DNA from: Gnetum montanum
Taxonomy: Eukaryota; Plantae; Gnetophyta
Assembly: GCA_015680685.1 (NCBI GenBank)
Contig: MNCI01001625.1
Location: 54,795 to 118,794 of the forward strand
Direction of reading: 5' to 3'
Length of the DNA stretch: 64,000 nt
Positions 13,260 through 26,607 of the stretch are shown here, piece after piece. The notes under the pieces are model-generated. The model was not told where the DNA came from and made no database searches. It saw nothing but the letters and a program-made list of their open reading frames with translations. Numbering within the stretch: the stretch's first letter is position 1; the number at the start of each line of letters is the position of its first letter. The position numbers were made by a program, and so were the translations under genes.

Positions 13260-14886
13260 CATTTTATATTTCTTGTAAATGTTGTAATTTCATGACAATT
13301 GTAGCCTTTCAATTGAAATAGTGGTTATAACCACTACAAAGGACACTTGTCAACTACAACTTGTTTATCTCTATGGTGGCCACTTGGCAACTAAATGGGA
13401 CACGTGTTAGATGCAGCATTTTTATCTCTTTGGTGATTGAAACCACCCAAAATTGTTGTAACTTACCTAACTTGTTGGGCAAGTAACCTCCTAACTTGTT
13501 GGGCAAGTAATCTCCTAATTGGTTGGCCAAGTTACTTGGGAGAGAAGTTAGGTGAGATATTTTTGAATATGTAACTTCCCTACCTACCTTTGAACCCTAT
13601 AAAAAGACTTCAGGGGTCAAAGAATGGGGGAATCACTTGGAAGACTTTTGGAGAAGACTTGACATCACATTTTGAGAAGGCTACTAGTTAGCACTTGGGC
13701 TCTCACTTGAAGACACACTTTGGGGTCTTGAGAAGAGCTTTGTAAAGAAGAAATTGTGAATGATTGTTTGTAAGATGTCTTGCTAGAGTAAAAATTTTAG
13801 CCTCTTTATCATAGTCCTGTGAGTTATGTATTTTATTTTTTTTGTTTTTTTTTAAATTTTTTAGCTAGTGGTTTAGATACTATCATCCTTGGCAAGTAAT
13901 TTTGGGATTTTTAGATTGCTCTTACTGTTCTTGTTGCCCGATAGAAATTTCTATTAAAATTTTGCCATAGAAGCGCTTGTGTTTAAAAGCCTTAAGAGCA
14001 TTTTAGTAGTAAATTTCATTATTGTGCAACGTGTGGGAACTGCTATTGGGATTGTTGTAAGAGAGCCTCTGTTTGTAGTCACGCCGTTGAACAATTCAGT
14101 AGTCGAGAGGGTTCAGAAAATCTTTGGTATTTTGATGGGACCAGAATAGCTTCTTTTTATCTTTAAAGTGAATTCTCGTGGTATTTCAATCAGAAATTGT
14201 CAAGTCTTTTAAAGGTTCTGTTTGAATGCAATCGTTGACATCTATTATCTAGTCAAAATGGAGTCTCGTACGTGGTAGTTTACGCAGCAATTTTTGGTAG
14301 CATAATAGGATTGTCTTGAAGATATTGCTTGTTTGAGCCTTGGAAGTTTGAACAATTCGTAGATATTGAATTTGGGATAGCTTTATTGCGAAGTGTTTAC
14401 TCGTGTCATTTTACCTTGTTTAAATATTTGAGGTCTACACAAATCTGCTTTCTTTTCTTTTCTGCTTATTTCCATCGAATCTTGCTCTATTTCTAGTTTT
14501 CTTGTGGAACTATCTCTTTCTCTGGGGAAAATTAGGCATAGATTGTGGAGTTGTGCTCAAATGTTTTTGCAAAATTTTATTTGTTACAAGTAGGTATTAT
14601 AAGGACCACGTAGACTAGGCAGTTGAACAAAATAGGAAATTTTCAATAACTCACAGTACTTGGCAAAGTTGGCTAAATCTCTTTAAAGTAAGTCATTTGT
14701 AGTTTACATACAACACAATTGTTACATTTCTCACAACCGCATGCCGCAACAGCACACACACATACTCACATTAACTACTGATTTTATTTGGAGGTATCTA
14801 GGCCTTGGTGTTGCCAGAGACCAGCAAGCACCTAAATCCTATTCGAGGACACTCGTTGGCGGTCGCGTCCCAAATGGTCGCCAACA
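13260..14886 (+). repeat. Probable unpaired LTR (left boundary uncertain)
   Basis: TATA-like CTATAAAA at ~13597, three CCTAACTTGTTGGGCAAGTAA-type repeats at 13466-13535, and a ...CCAACA end exactly where Tat protease-region sequence begins. Confidence 0.45.
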
Positions 14887-15509
14887 CATACAAAGTTGAT
14901 GAGGTCATTCTTCATGATGAGAATGTAGCTCCTCTAGCCATTAATAACATTAACATTGAGCAAGGGTCAAAGGTGGAGTTCCCTGATGATGTGTCCATAG
15001 TAAAAGAAAATAGCAAAACATGTTAGGCAAGCCCATCTGAGCAAACAAAAGAAGTTTGTGACCTCCTAGAGGATGCTTTATGGACAGAATTACCCTTTGA
15101 CATAGCCAATGAAGATCAAGGGAAGTATTTCATAGTAGCATTTAGGCCCTACATGTCCCCTAACCAACACTAGGTTAGGAAGCAACTATGTGACTAAGGT
15201 ATCCCATTCGTCTAATGTGCGCTAGGTGCCTACCTACCCTTTTCTTGTGGATTTAGTTCAGCCATGCATTTTTTTTTGCTTACATTGCATTTTTCTATGC
15301 ATTTATATTTAACTTTATTTCTTAGATTACACATTATCCAATTTCTTTATGCATTTGTTTACTTTGTTTATGTATTTTTCTTAGTTTACACATTCACTCA
15401 TTAGGTTTACTCTTTAGCAATCTGTAGCTTACACATGAAAACATAAAAACACATAAAAATCAAAGAAGCCAAAATCACAAGAAAGAGAAATAGCATCACT
15501 ATAGCTTGT

Positions 15510-15850
15510 CATGGCCTTAAACTGGCAACTCACAGCCCAGAATGGCCTTAAACTATCACCTATAATTTTAAACCTATGGCCCACCATGATTTTAAATTGA
15601 CAATGTATGGCCCAAAATGGCCTACAACTATCACTAAGGCTTGACATGGCCTTAAACTAGTAGCTCACAACCTAGAATGTCCTAAAACTACCATGCTTTG
15701 CTTCCTAACTCATGGCCTAAAATGACCTTAAACTAGAAATAATCATGGTCTGAAATGGCCTTAAACTAGAAATAATCATGGTCTGAAATGGCCTTAAACT
15801 AACATTAGCCTTCCTACTATGGCCTTATACTAGCATGGGGCTCACAATGG
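15510..15850 (+). repeat. Degenerate ~30-bp minisatellite with core ATGGCCTTAAACT
   Basis: About 10 recognisable units; homologous arrays at 46255-46750 (+) and 51840-52120 (-). Confidence 0.85.
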
Positions 15851-16074
15851 CCTACTCACATTATCATCACATAACCTTAACTTAGCACATTCACTCATTG
15901 CATAGTAAGCATAACAAGTCAATAACAATAAAAACAAAAGTTCATACATCACATATTAAATATAACAAAAATTCATTTCATTACATCTCACATGAATAAT
16001 AGTAAATAGCATGAGAAACATGAATAGCAATAAAATAAAACAAAAATGCAAAAATGTACAATAGTAGGGCTACA

Positions 16075-19000
16075 TCAAGACATGCTCAATCGATGGTACT
16101 AGGTGCAGGTGGAGGTGCTTCTTCCCCCACCACAACACTAGGGCACATGGTATCTTTTAGTACCTACTACCACAACCACAACAAAATAAATAGTTAATAA
16201 GTAAACCTATAGTACCCAAGTTAACACAAAACACATGAAAAAAGTAAATAAAAAACTAACCTAGGAGGGTTCCACATGAGCTTCTAGAGGCAACTTGTCA
16301 AGGCCATCCAAACATTGGAGGATCATAGCCTTTGAAAGTTGCATCCAATCCTCCTACCCAAAGTCAGCCCCTACAAGGGTCTTCTCTTTGTCCACAGTAG
16401 TCCATGGGGGAAGTTTCATGGAGAAGGTAGCAAAAGAAGCCTCTTATAAGGGGGTGAAAATCTACCTCTTTGGATAGCCACTCACCATTGTATGCCAAGC
16501 AAACAACTCATAAGCTTACCTTCCTCTAGTCACCTCAAGGAACATCTCAAGCTGGTGGCATTTGATAGTATCCTCTTTGTACCATTAAATCTACATGTCA
16601 TGCTCATGCTTGTATTGATGCTTATGATTCTTTACTATACCTTAGTGTTATAATTCTTCCAATTCTTGTTCTTTTGGGTGAGCAGGTCCATCTACAACCA
16701 TTGTTTGATTATCTCCCATGTGGCCTCATTTTTGTCTCTAATAACCAACCAATTATGAGCATACTCTATCTCAGAGATCCTCCAAGTGCTATCTCCCTAT
16801 AACCTAGCCACCAAAAATTCATATCAAGATTGATGATCCATGATCTTCATATCCTTTTTGGTCACTCACTCCTGGAGCTCATGCATGCATTTCCACAGGT
16901 GCTCATTTGAGCACCTACAAATCCACAATGCTTTCGCACAAGAAAGCATGCACTTTCTCATTATCTTATACATGCAATGAGACACCTAGTCCACCTTATA
17001 AGGGAGTTTAGGGATGGCATCAACCTTTGCCACGTTGCTTGGGTCCCACCGAATCTTGGAACCTATTGGCATGCAACAAGAAAATAATATTATCCATAAA
17101 ATGCAAGCAATAAAGCAACAGAAAGCACAGAAACATAGCAAACATACAAATCTTAGGATCTATCTATTATAAATGGTTCACCATGTCCTCCATAATGTCT
17201 TCCATAAAGGCAAAGTTTTTAAGCATGTCTATCCATGGCTCCATGTGGTAGGTAGACATTGGACCACTAGTAGGTACATCTAAGGCTATAACACAATGAT
17301 GCAATTAGCATGTAATCAATCCAACCAAGGATGTTAGAGAAGAAAGTCACTAACAAATGGAAATTCAAAGTTCTTACCTAGCAAGCCATCAAACATGAGT
17401 TTAGGGGGATCACCCAACTATATGCCATCAAATGGGCAATCAAAATCACCACTGTTAGGGTTGACCAACCCCTACTCCTCCAACTATTGGAGGATCTCTG
17501 CTACATCAAGAAGCTCATCTCCATGAGCCTCCACTCGTCAACTTGGGGAGATGCTTCTTCTGCAGCTACCTTTACTGCTACTCTCGCAAGCCTATCTATA
17601 GTCTCTACAATCAGCACATATGCATAGCACATTAGTACTAGTTAATAACATAGCATGAATAGTGAAAAACATAGAAATACAAAAATACATATAACACAAT
17701 AAATGCATCTAACAAGTTACACATACTAATGTACAACCTTCATATGTAACCTTTGAAACTTGATATGGATCTTCTTGCTGCTTGGCTTCTTGGCCTCAAG
17801 AGCAACCTCCTTCATAGCATGTGGATTTTTAATCTTTGCCTTAGATAATTCCACCATCTCTATAATGTAGTTATCTACCTTAGCCAGGTTCCTAGTGCCA
17901 ACTAGGGGTGCCTTGCCTACACTATCACATGAATACTATGACTTCCCCAGAAGACCCTTAGTCATTACTAATAACTACTCATCAATTTCATCTAGAGGGT
18001 CCTATGCCTGGGTGGTCACAAATAGGTGCTTAATCCATGGCTTTGAGAGTTGATCATGTTCATACATGATCCAATGTCCATCATTACATATGATCAATAG
18101 ATCTGCAAACCTTCATAGATACCCTATTAAGAATGCAAAGTGAACATGGGATCTTTCCTAGATGTTAAACTACAACCTCGAGATCTCTGCATGCAAGTCG
18201 ATTGCAATATAGGTAGCCTAGTTAAACCATGTGCCCTCTAGTAGCACCTCTTTCATCACCTATGCCTACTTCACTCCAAGGATCTTTCCTTGGAAGAGAA
18301 ACTTTGGGAAGGCATGGGCATGGAAAAGAGGGTAGAGCTCTTGTACCTTAGGCATAAGCACATCCTTGATTGGTATGCCCTTGTGCAATTGGGTGGCCAC
18401 CAACTAGTTTTTGATCTCTCCTATATGGTTAATGTACCTACTAGCCTTGTTAACAATCAATGGGCCATCAATGGAGTGTCCAAAGAGGTTAGCAAAAAAG
18501 GCCCCACTAAGGTTGAGCACTACTCTCACACCATGCTCATGGGTGACAAACTGTTAGACATCATTGCTAAAGGAGTTAATGATGGTGATCATTTCAGCCA
18601 CTAGAATACCCTATGATAGCCCTACAACCCCATCTGCAGCCCTTATGGCAACTTGAGTCCTCCCCACTAGCAACTACCCTAATAGCCATTGTAGCCATGA
18701 CATTGCAAAATCCCACACAAAAAAGAAGAAATCTAATTGTAGCTAGGACTATCATGCCACAACACACACCCACCACAACTCCCTAGACACGCAATCATGA
18801 AACTCTCATTACATAATACCTCCCTGCCATACACACACTCCTAGACATGGTAGTCAAAATGGCCCATGGTAGTGCCACCCCTACAATGGCAGGGCACCAA
18901 CAACGTCCACTATCCCAAATCCTCAATGTAGAAAATAAAAAAAACGGTAAAGGGGAGAGTGTAGTTGGTGTACCTGGTAGATGCCAATGGTCTCCTCTCT

Positions 19001-19126
19001 TCCATGCATGCCTATGGTAGGTAGCCTTGTGCTTGTTTCCCTTCATCCACATTCACTAGTTCTAGGTGTAGGTGTCTACTTCGACACATCCTCTTGGTCC
19101 AACTATGCTCTCTACTAGCAGAACAT
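16075..19126 (-). pseudogene. Antisense multi-exon accessory gene of H1 (PMD-like domain plus helical C-terminus), decayed
   Basis: Colinear with 28889-31709: FHAHAFPKFLFQGKILGVK vs FHACAFPQLLSQGKVLGLE; EPWIDMLKNFAFMEDIMEDMV vs ESWAEVLNKFTFLQGLVDDMI; ALWICRCSNEHLWK vs SLWECRCTNEYMWK. Introns at matching positions; start codon tentative. Confidence 0.75.
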
Positions 19127-19648
19127 GGCAATAATAGTAAGTTTGTGCTCTAGATTTTGTATTTTTCAAGTTTGAAAATGACAACCCATGGTAAAATGTG
19201 CTTTAATACCCTCCCCCCTCAAGGATCGTTTAATGACTCACTAACCAAGGACTACACTCCACACTTAGCTAAAATTCTCAACTTTTGGTAGAAGCATAGT
19301 TGGATGAGAGTGTAGTTGGGTGAGAACATAGTCACTCACACTTAGCCAAAATTTTTCATTTTTTGCTACCCAATCATTGCCTTAGTCAATTTCACTTCTC
19401 GATCATAGCTAGCCTTTTCCCAAGTAACATGTTTGATGCATCTATGGTCTGCTAAGACCTAAAAATAGCACCCATCACCTACCAAGGCCTAAAAATAGCA
19501 CACATTCATGCTTACCCCTCTTCACACCCTTATTGCATACTTAGGCAAATTTTCATCGCATTTCTTTTAATTCATTTATGGAAATTAATGTGGTTATGAT
19601 GGGTGTTACTTAACATTTTATTGGTTTTTTTTTTTGCAAGAATACAAC

Positions 19649-20097
19649 ATGGCCATGCTTGAATAGCTTCTTTCACCTTTGATCCTCATCAATTCTCATG
19701 GTTATATCAAACAATGCATTGACCCACATTACCTAGGCCTTAAGCCTACAACCTATATTAAATACATAGCATCTGTAAAGACACCACTAGACTAGCCTAA
19801 CCATCTAGTTCATGCTCTTGATCTAGAGGTTGGAGATGTCATAGAAGATCCTCTCATTGAGATCCCTATAACAACACCCAATGGTAAGGCAAAAATGCTA
19901 AAGCTAAGTTCCTCGCTAGGTCCCCAACATGCCAACGACATTGCTAAAGTGCTAAATGATAACATCAAGGTATTTGCATAGTCATATGAGGACATGCTGA
20001 GCCTAGACCCTTAGCTAGTTTAACACAATATCATCCTCAATTTTTGCATTAAGCTAGTAAATAAAAAAGCTTGCAAGGTTAGGCCTCAAGTGGTGTT
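19649..20097 (+). pseudogene. N-terminal part of the H1 RT-containing ORF
   Basis: ATG at 19649; HLVHALDLEVGDV...VFA*SYEDMLSLDP, homologous to 26607-26245 (-); cut by element 2. Confidence 0.8.
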
Positions 20098-21825
20098 TGT
20101 AGCAACCGAAAACGTTGGTAGTTGGAAGACCATTGGGGGTCAGCAGATGCAATAGTTCCAACCTTGTATCTATTGGAGGGCGGTGCTAGGTGTGTGCAGA
20201 TATGGGGTGCCCTGAATAGTCTGGTCAATCAGACAGGGACTTACATCGGTGTCAATATAGCCTTTTGCAACGTAAATAATGTGGAATGCGAGATAATGCT
20301 TACGGATAAATAAAGTAGGGTAGAAACTGTAAAAATGTAGCAGTAATATGAAATAATGCTTAAAGGTGAATAAAACAAGAAATAATGCAAAGAAATAGAC
20401 AACAAATGAGAGATAAAGTAAAGTATGGTTAGAAACATGCACCGCTCTAAAGTTATAAACTCATCTTGTCAGGGTGGATACAATTGGCTGCACAGCATGA
20501 CTGAGTACAGAAATCTCGAGAGTAACCAAGACGTGCCGAGTAAAAAGAGCTATGCGCTTGGACGCATACTTGTGTACAAACAATGCGGGGCTCTACCAAG
20601 GTGGTAGAATGGAGATGGGAACCTCTTGCTAGCTGAGAGAGAGTCGCTATTTATAGCTTTAGACAGATGACTTTGATATTACAATGTTGGAGAGAAAGAA
20701 GATCTTTGTTTTAAAATTTCAAAGTTCCCACCACTTGGAAGCTGTTTGCTTCAAGAAAGATGCGAACTCTTTTGCAATTGCCAACTTTAAAAATTATGGA
20801 CTTTTCCACATTGCGAGTACCTCTAAAAATTACTGACCTATTATATGCTATTTTCCAGGATATTTATAGGGCTGAAGGTAAGTGGAAAAGGGAAATTTTT
20901 TGAATGCTACGTGCCGCAGGCTTGCCTTGTCTTACTGGCACCACTCGAGTCATCTATGACCATTGGGCCTACAAGACCATTGCGATGCAAACCTACCATG
21001 CAATAACTGCGATCCTACCACATCATAATTGCACCTTTAGCATTTGGGGATGTGTGCCAATTGTCCAATTAGGTGGAGCGCATTGATGTCATGCAACTAC
21101 CTACATGCCTCATTCTGCTTTGTGACGTAGCATGCTTGGCATAGCATAGCACCTTGTCACGCATTCTACTATCTGTTACATGCTTGCTACGCTATGCTAC
21201 TTTACGTAGCATAGCATAGCGTAGCAACTTAGTCACAAGAGTTTTGTTAATTTGCAAACTTTCTCCTGCGATGCAAGTCTTGTGAACTTTGTTGACTCCG
21301 CCTTTCGAACTTCCTTTTGTCTCTTCTGTAGGATTTCTACGCCTTGCTCTGCCATGTAGCTCAACGTAGCATAGTAGTAGACATGGTCTGCCGCTTCTTG
21401 ACGAAAAAGGACATCACTGCAAAACTCAAAATTGGACAAGGGGAGTGGGTAGTGAAGTCATTTCCATGCTACGCTGTGTGACATCGTGTAGCATAGCACT
21501 TCATTCCACCATTCTCTTCTAAAGCTTTCTACGCTACATAGCGTAGCAGGCTTCATGACTTAGAAAACTTGCCAAACTATTTCTTGCGCATCCAGAATGC
21601 TACTGCCAATTCTGCGCACCATTTCTGAGTAAGTTGCTGGCTATTTAGGCTACTTTGGTGGGTGAGTAGGATCGTACAGGACCTGTCCATGATCAAAGTA
21701 GAAAATTTTCTGAACTGGCCGACCTGGACTCAGAACGTTCTTCTCCCGATGAACTGCCATCATGCTGTGCGGACTACAAGAGCCTAGTGAATCAAGGATG
21801 ACCTCGCATTTTTTAGGGTGTTTCA
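20098..21825 (-). repeat. 3' LTR of element 2
   Basis: TGTAGCAACCG...GGTGTTTCA; colinear with 36762-38305. Confidence 0.95.
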
Positions 21826-21839
21826 TTGGCCCCTCTTTG
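21826..21839 (-). promoter_or_regulatory. Polypurine tract of element 2
   Basis: Minus strand CAAAGAGGGGCCAA abuts the 3' LTR; same motif at 48924 and a variant at 42640. Confidence 0.85.
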
Positions 21840-23136
21840 TCAATGTCTAGAGAATAGGCTCGATGGACATTGGCAAAGAATACGAAACACCATAGTAGGC
21901 GAAATGCTAAGGTTGTTGCTTGGTGAGTGCTGAGATGTTGCTTGGCCATGCTTGAGAGTGTTGCATTGGTTTTATGGTGATTAAGGCAGAGAGAAAAGAT
22001 GATGTTTAGTCAAGTTCATCATCGGAGTACTCAAAGGGGCTCATTTACATTTTCATCTTTGGTTGGTGTTGTTCTTCAACCTCCTGTAGGTACGTGTCCC
22101 CTCCGCAGGATGAGTTGCGTTACATCCGTGGAGGGTTCTAACTTGCCTACTGTAGCCTTCCGCATAGTGAACTGTGTTATGCACATGCCAGAATTTGCAC
22201 TCTAAAGTAGCTGAGCTAGTTGAGGCACTCACTTTGCGATGTTGTAATGTTTGCTGCTATAGCAAGATGCACTTGCAGGGACAAGGTCTTGCTAGCTACT
22301 GGCATTGTTGTTACTCTTGGGCATCATTTTTGGTATGAGATACCCAAAGCAGGGAGGCCAGTAGTGGTCTTGGCAGCGCTGGCATGGGGGAGCTGATCTC
22401 CAAGGCACCGAGAACTATTGTGGACACGGATGCACTGGAATCCCCGCCAAAGGAATGCGTGCTCAGTTCAGCTATGGGATTAGCTACCAGATAGCTAAAC
22501 ATTGCGTGAACTGAAACCTTGGTAGGAAACTGAAGAGGAACAATATTGTGGCTAGGCCACAATACTATCAGCACCTCAGAAGTGGGAATGAGCCCAGGAA
22601 CTATCGTCAGGGCAGTGGGTTGTGGTGACGATAGGTTCGAAGGGCCCGTGTGACATCATTTGACAACTTCGAAGGGTCAGCATGACAACGAGGATGGTAA
22701 TGCGTATGCCCCAGACCATGTTCTCCTTTTGTCGAGAACTATGTCTTGGAGCTACGACGTCCCACCCACGGACCGGTATCATGCCCCATTGTTCGACATG
22801 TATCTGGTGGTGGTGCATGTTAAGGGTGCGACGCGAGCCCAGTTTAAGGTCTTGGTAGACCATGTGCTGGTTTAAGGTCCCAATAGACCACTGTGATAGT
22901 TTAAGGTCCCAACACATTGTACATGTCAATTTTACATTGTAGTGGATGTGCAATGCCAGTTTATAGTCATAGTAGACTAACAATGCCAGTCTTACGTCGT
23001 GGAAGATGGTTGCTACCAGTTAAACATCGTGGTAGATGCTGCTCGATGCTACTAGTTTATCATCATTGTGGACGCTGCCTGGTGCGACTACCATTTTATC
23101 ATCGTAGTGGATGGTACTTTTTGTTTCCATTGCACT

Positions 23137-26100
23137 TCAGATGTAGTATGGCTTGAGGTACGTGTGGTTCACTAGGTTGGCGAACTCGTTGTTGCCCATG
23201 TGTGCCTGCTTGAAGCCTCCATTCCCGAAGGCTTTAGCAACCACATAAGGACCTTCCCAGTTGGCTGAGAACTTACTTATGTGATCACGGATGGCCTTGA
23301 GGATGAGGTCTCCCTTCTGCACTGGATGTCAATGTGGGTCTGCAAGGTGCTTCTGCTATTGTTTGTTCTCATAGTGCTCAATTTGTCTCAGCGTCTACAT
23401 GTGTTCCTCCTCCACCAAGTCAAGATCGATGGTCCATGATTCATTGTTCTAGGCTTCGCTTACAACATCGGATAGGATCATCTGAAGTGAGGGTACTTGC
23501 AACTCAAGAGGCAATACAGCTTCAGATCTATAAACAAGACTGTAAGGGGTCTTACTCGTCGTAGTTCTACAAGTCGTTCGATAGGACCAGAGGACATAGA
23601 GTATTTGCTCGTGCCACCACCTCTTGCTATTTTTAAGTCTCCACTTTATTAAGTTGATGATGGACTTATTTGTAGCTTTTTCTTGCCCATTCTCCTGCGG
23701 ATAATAAGGGGAATAAAATGATTGTTTAATGCCTAGATTTCTACAAAAGGTTTGGGTTTCCATACTGTTGAACTATCGTTCATTGTCAGTCATAATAGTT
23801 ATCGGTAGTCCAAACCTAGTTACGATGTTATTGAGGATGAAATGGAAGATTTTATGAGACGTCGTATTCCTTAGGGGAATAGCATCCATTCACTTGGTAA
23901 AATACTTTGTGGCAATGATAATAAAGATATGCCCTATAGAGGACTTAGGAGTGATAGGCCCTATGAGGTCTAGTCCTCATCGTTGGAAGGGCCACGTAAT
24001 TTGGGTTGGATGCAAGTCTATAGGTGCTATGTGTATGAGGTTTTCATATCTCTAGCATGTGTCATATGTCTTGACTTTTGATAGGAATTCACACTCCATG
24101 TAGGTCCAATAGTACCCTAGGCATCTGATTTTCGCAGCCATAGCCCTCGGTGCTATGTGTCCACCACATAGCCCTTCATGAATCTCATTAACTACCTTTT
24201 GTGCCTGCTTACCACCCACACATGCTAGCAATATCCCATTGTAGGATCATCGACATAGGGCATCATTTCCCATGAGCACGTATTTCCAAGCACGTTTGCT
24301 GATTACATCTCTTTGAGCCGATGTCAATCCACCTGGGGGTTCACCATGATGTAAATAAGCTTTAATGTTATCGTACCACTCTGAGGTATCCACAGTGTCG
24401 ATAGAAGCCACATGTTTCACCTGAGTGATAGGCTCCACACATTCTATGATTGCAGTTGGAAGGTTTGCCAAGGAATACGATGGGATGTTTAACGCAACAG
24501 TAGCTAAGGCATCTACTATGGTGTTCTCGTTGCATGGCACGTGTTGCAAATCAGTGGTCACGAATTTCTTTAGTAAGATTTTTGCTAGATCGCAGTAGGG
24601 TTGCAGGTGCATAGCCTTGTAGGCGTAGACTTCGGTGATTTGATTCATGACTATTTGTGAATCTCCCTGGATCTCCAGGTGTTGTACATGTAGCACGTAG
24701 GTAGTTAAGAGGCCTCTGAGTAGCCCATCATACTTTTCCATGTTGTTGGTACAAGGGAACATAAAATGATAAGTGAATGGGTACGTTTCCCCAGAGGGGA
24801 ATGTGATCGTGGTAGCAGTGCTACCTCCTCATGTGGTTGAGGTGTCATTGAAGTGTAAGGTTACCTCAAAATGCAACGGGATGATGGCAACATTGCTAAC
24901 GTATTCATCTGGGAACTTAGGATCTATGGTTTCCTAGTCATCGACTGGTGAGGCTGCAAGCTGGGTTGTTATGGCTTGGCCCTTTGTCAACGATTGACTT
25001 ACATAACGTAGGTTGAACTCCGCAGTTATTGCTTTCCATCGGGATATCCTGCTACTTTCGTATAGGTTGCCACTGATAGCCTGGAGTATGTTGCTTTTGC
25101 AAATGATGTTGGTTGTGCTGTAGAATAGGTAATGCCACCACTTTTTTAGTGCGAACACTAACGCTAGGTAGTTCCTCTTCACCTTGTTGTATTTTTTCTC
25201 ATATGCTATTAGTGCATGGCTCAAGTAATACATTGGTATCTCAGAACCGTCGTCCTGCTTCTGACATAGTAGTGCTGCTATGAATTCATTGGAGGTGGCA
25301 AGGTATATGAAGAAAGGCTTGTCCCTTTGCGGTGGGTGCACCGTTGGGAGGTGCGAGAGCTCCTTCTTTAGGTTGTCAAAGGCTTGTTGACACTGGACTA
25401 TCCACTCAAAGTCAACCCCCTTCTTTAGAAGATGTTGCATGGGGAGTAACTTATCGGTCAACCTTCCTATAAACCTTCGAATGAATTGCACTCTACCTTG
25501 TAAACTGCATAACTCTTTAAGGTTTATGGGAGGCCCTAGGTTGATGATGGCCTTAACTTTGTCTAGGTCCATTCATATTCTGGCCTCTGATACTACAAAC
25601 CCTAACATGTGTTCGGTCTTTACCCCAAAGATACACTTCTTAGGATTAAGACATAAATCGTGCCTTTGGCAGCACTTGAGGACTAACTCTAGATCACGTG
25701 GGTGGTGGGCCGCCTCTTTGGACTTAACCACTATATCATCCATGTAATTGTTTAACGTTTCTAGGATGTAGTCGCTGAAAATGTAGGTCATGGCTCGTTG
25801 GCAGGTTGCTCCAGCATTCTTGAGCCCAAAAGGCATCATGGTATAGCAGAAGGTTCCCCATGGATTCATGAAGGTTGTCGACAGTTGGTGCTCTGGGTTG
25901 ATGCGAATTTGATTGTATCCGGAGAAGCCATCCATGAAGGATAGCAAAGCATGACTAGCTATGGTATCTATGAGTTGATCGATGCTTGGGAGTGGGAAGT
26001 TGTCTTTGATCGTTACCTTGTTCAAGTCTCAAAAGTCTATATAGATTCATATCCCTCGTGTTTTCTTTGAAACCACAACGATGTTGGACACCCACTCTGA

Positions 26101-26607
26101 ATAGTCAACCATGCAGATGAAACCTACTCGGTATAACTTAGTGATTTTTTCCCTCATAACTAGTGCAATTTATGACTTAATCTTATGTGCCTTTTGCTTC
26201 ACTACCCTTATGTATGGCTCTAGGACGATGTTATGCTGAATCAACTATGGATCTAGACCTAGCATGTTGCCATATGACCATGCGAAGACATCAATGTGAT
26301 CTTGCAAAGTTTTAACTATGCCCTCATGTATTTGTGTGTCTAGGAGGGAGCTAAGTCTTAATGTCTTTACTTCCCTTCTTGATGTGGTTACGGGTATCTC
26401 GATGAGAGGATTCTTGGTTACATCCCCGACCTCTAAATCTAGGGCATGGACTAGGTGTCTCGGCCAATCTAGGGGTGCTTCTAAGGTTTTTATAGTGTTA
26501 ATCGTAGTCGACCCCCATTCAATCATGTCGGGATTCAACTGTCTCGCGAGCTTGCCTTGTGACCCTGCTAGAATTAGAAGCATAGAAAGGGCATGATGGG
26601 TTTCCAT
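23137..26607 (-). pseudogene. pol: pol of element 2: RT - RNase H - archaeal-type RNase H - integrase
   Basis: FMDGFSGYNQI, MPFGLKNAGAT, YMDD (RT); FIYLATSNE/YYLSHAL (RH); CTNNMEKYDGLL...IQGDSQIV (aRH); HEGLCGGH, DLIGP, SPYYPQENGQ, NWEGPY (INT). Many premature stops. Confidence 0.95.

Noticed and set aside
26560-26590. CTAGCAG|GGTC as the RT splice acceptor
   Set aside because: Protein similarity with H1 extends upstream of it, so the site lies inside coding sequence.
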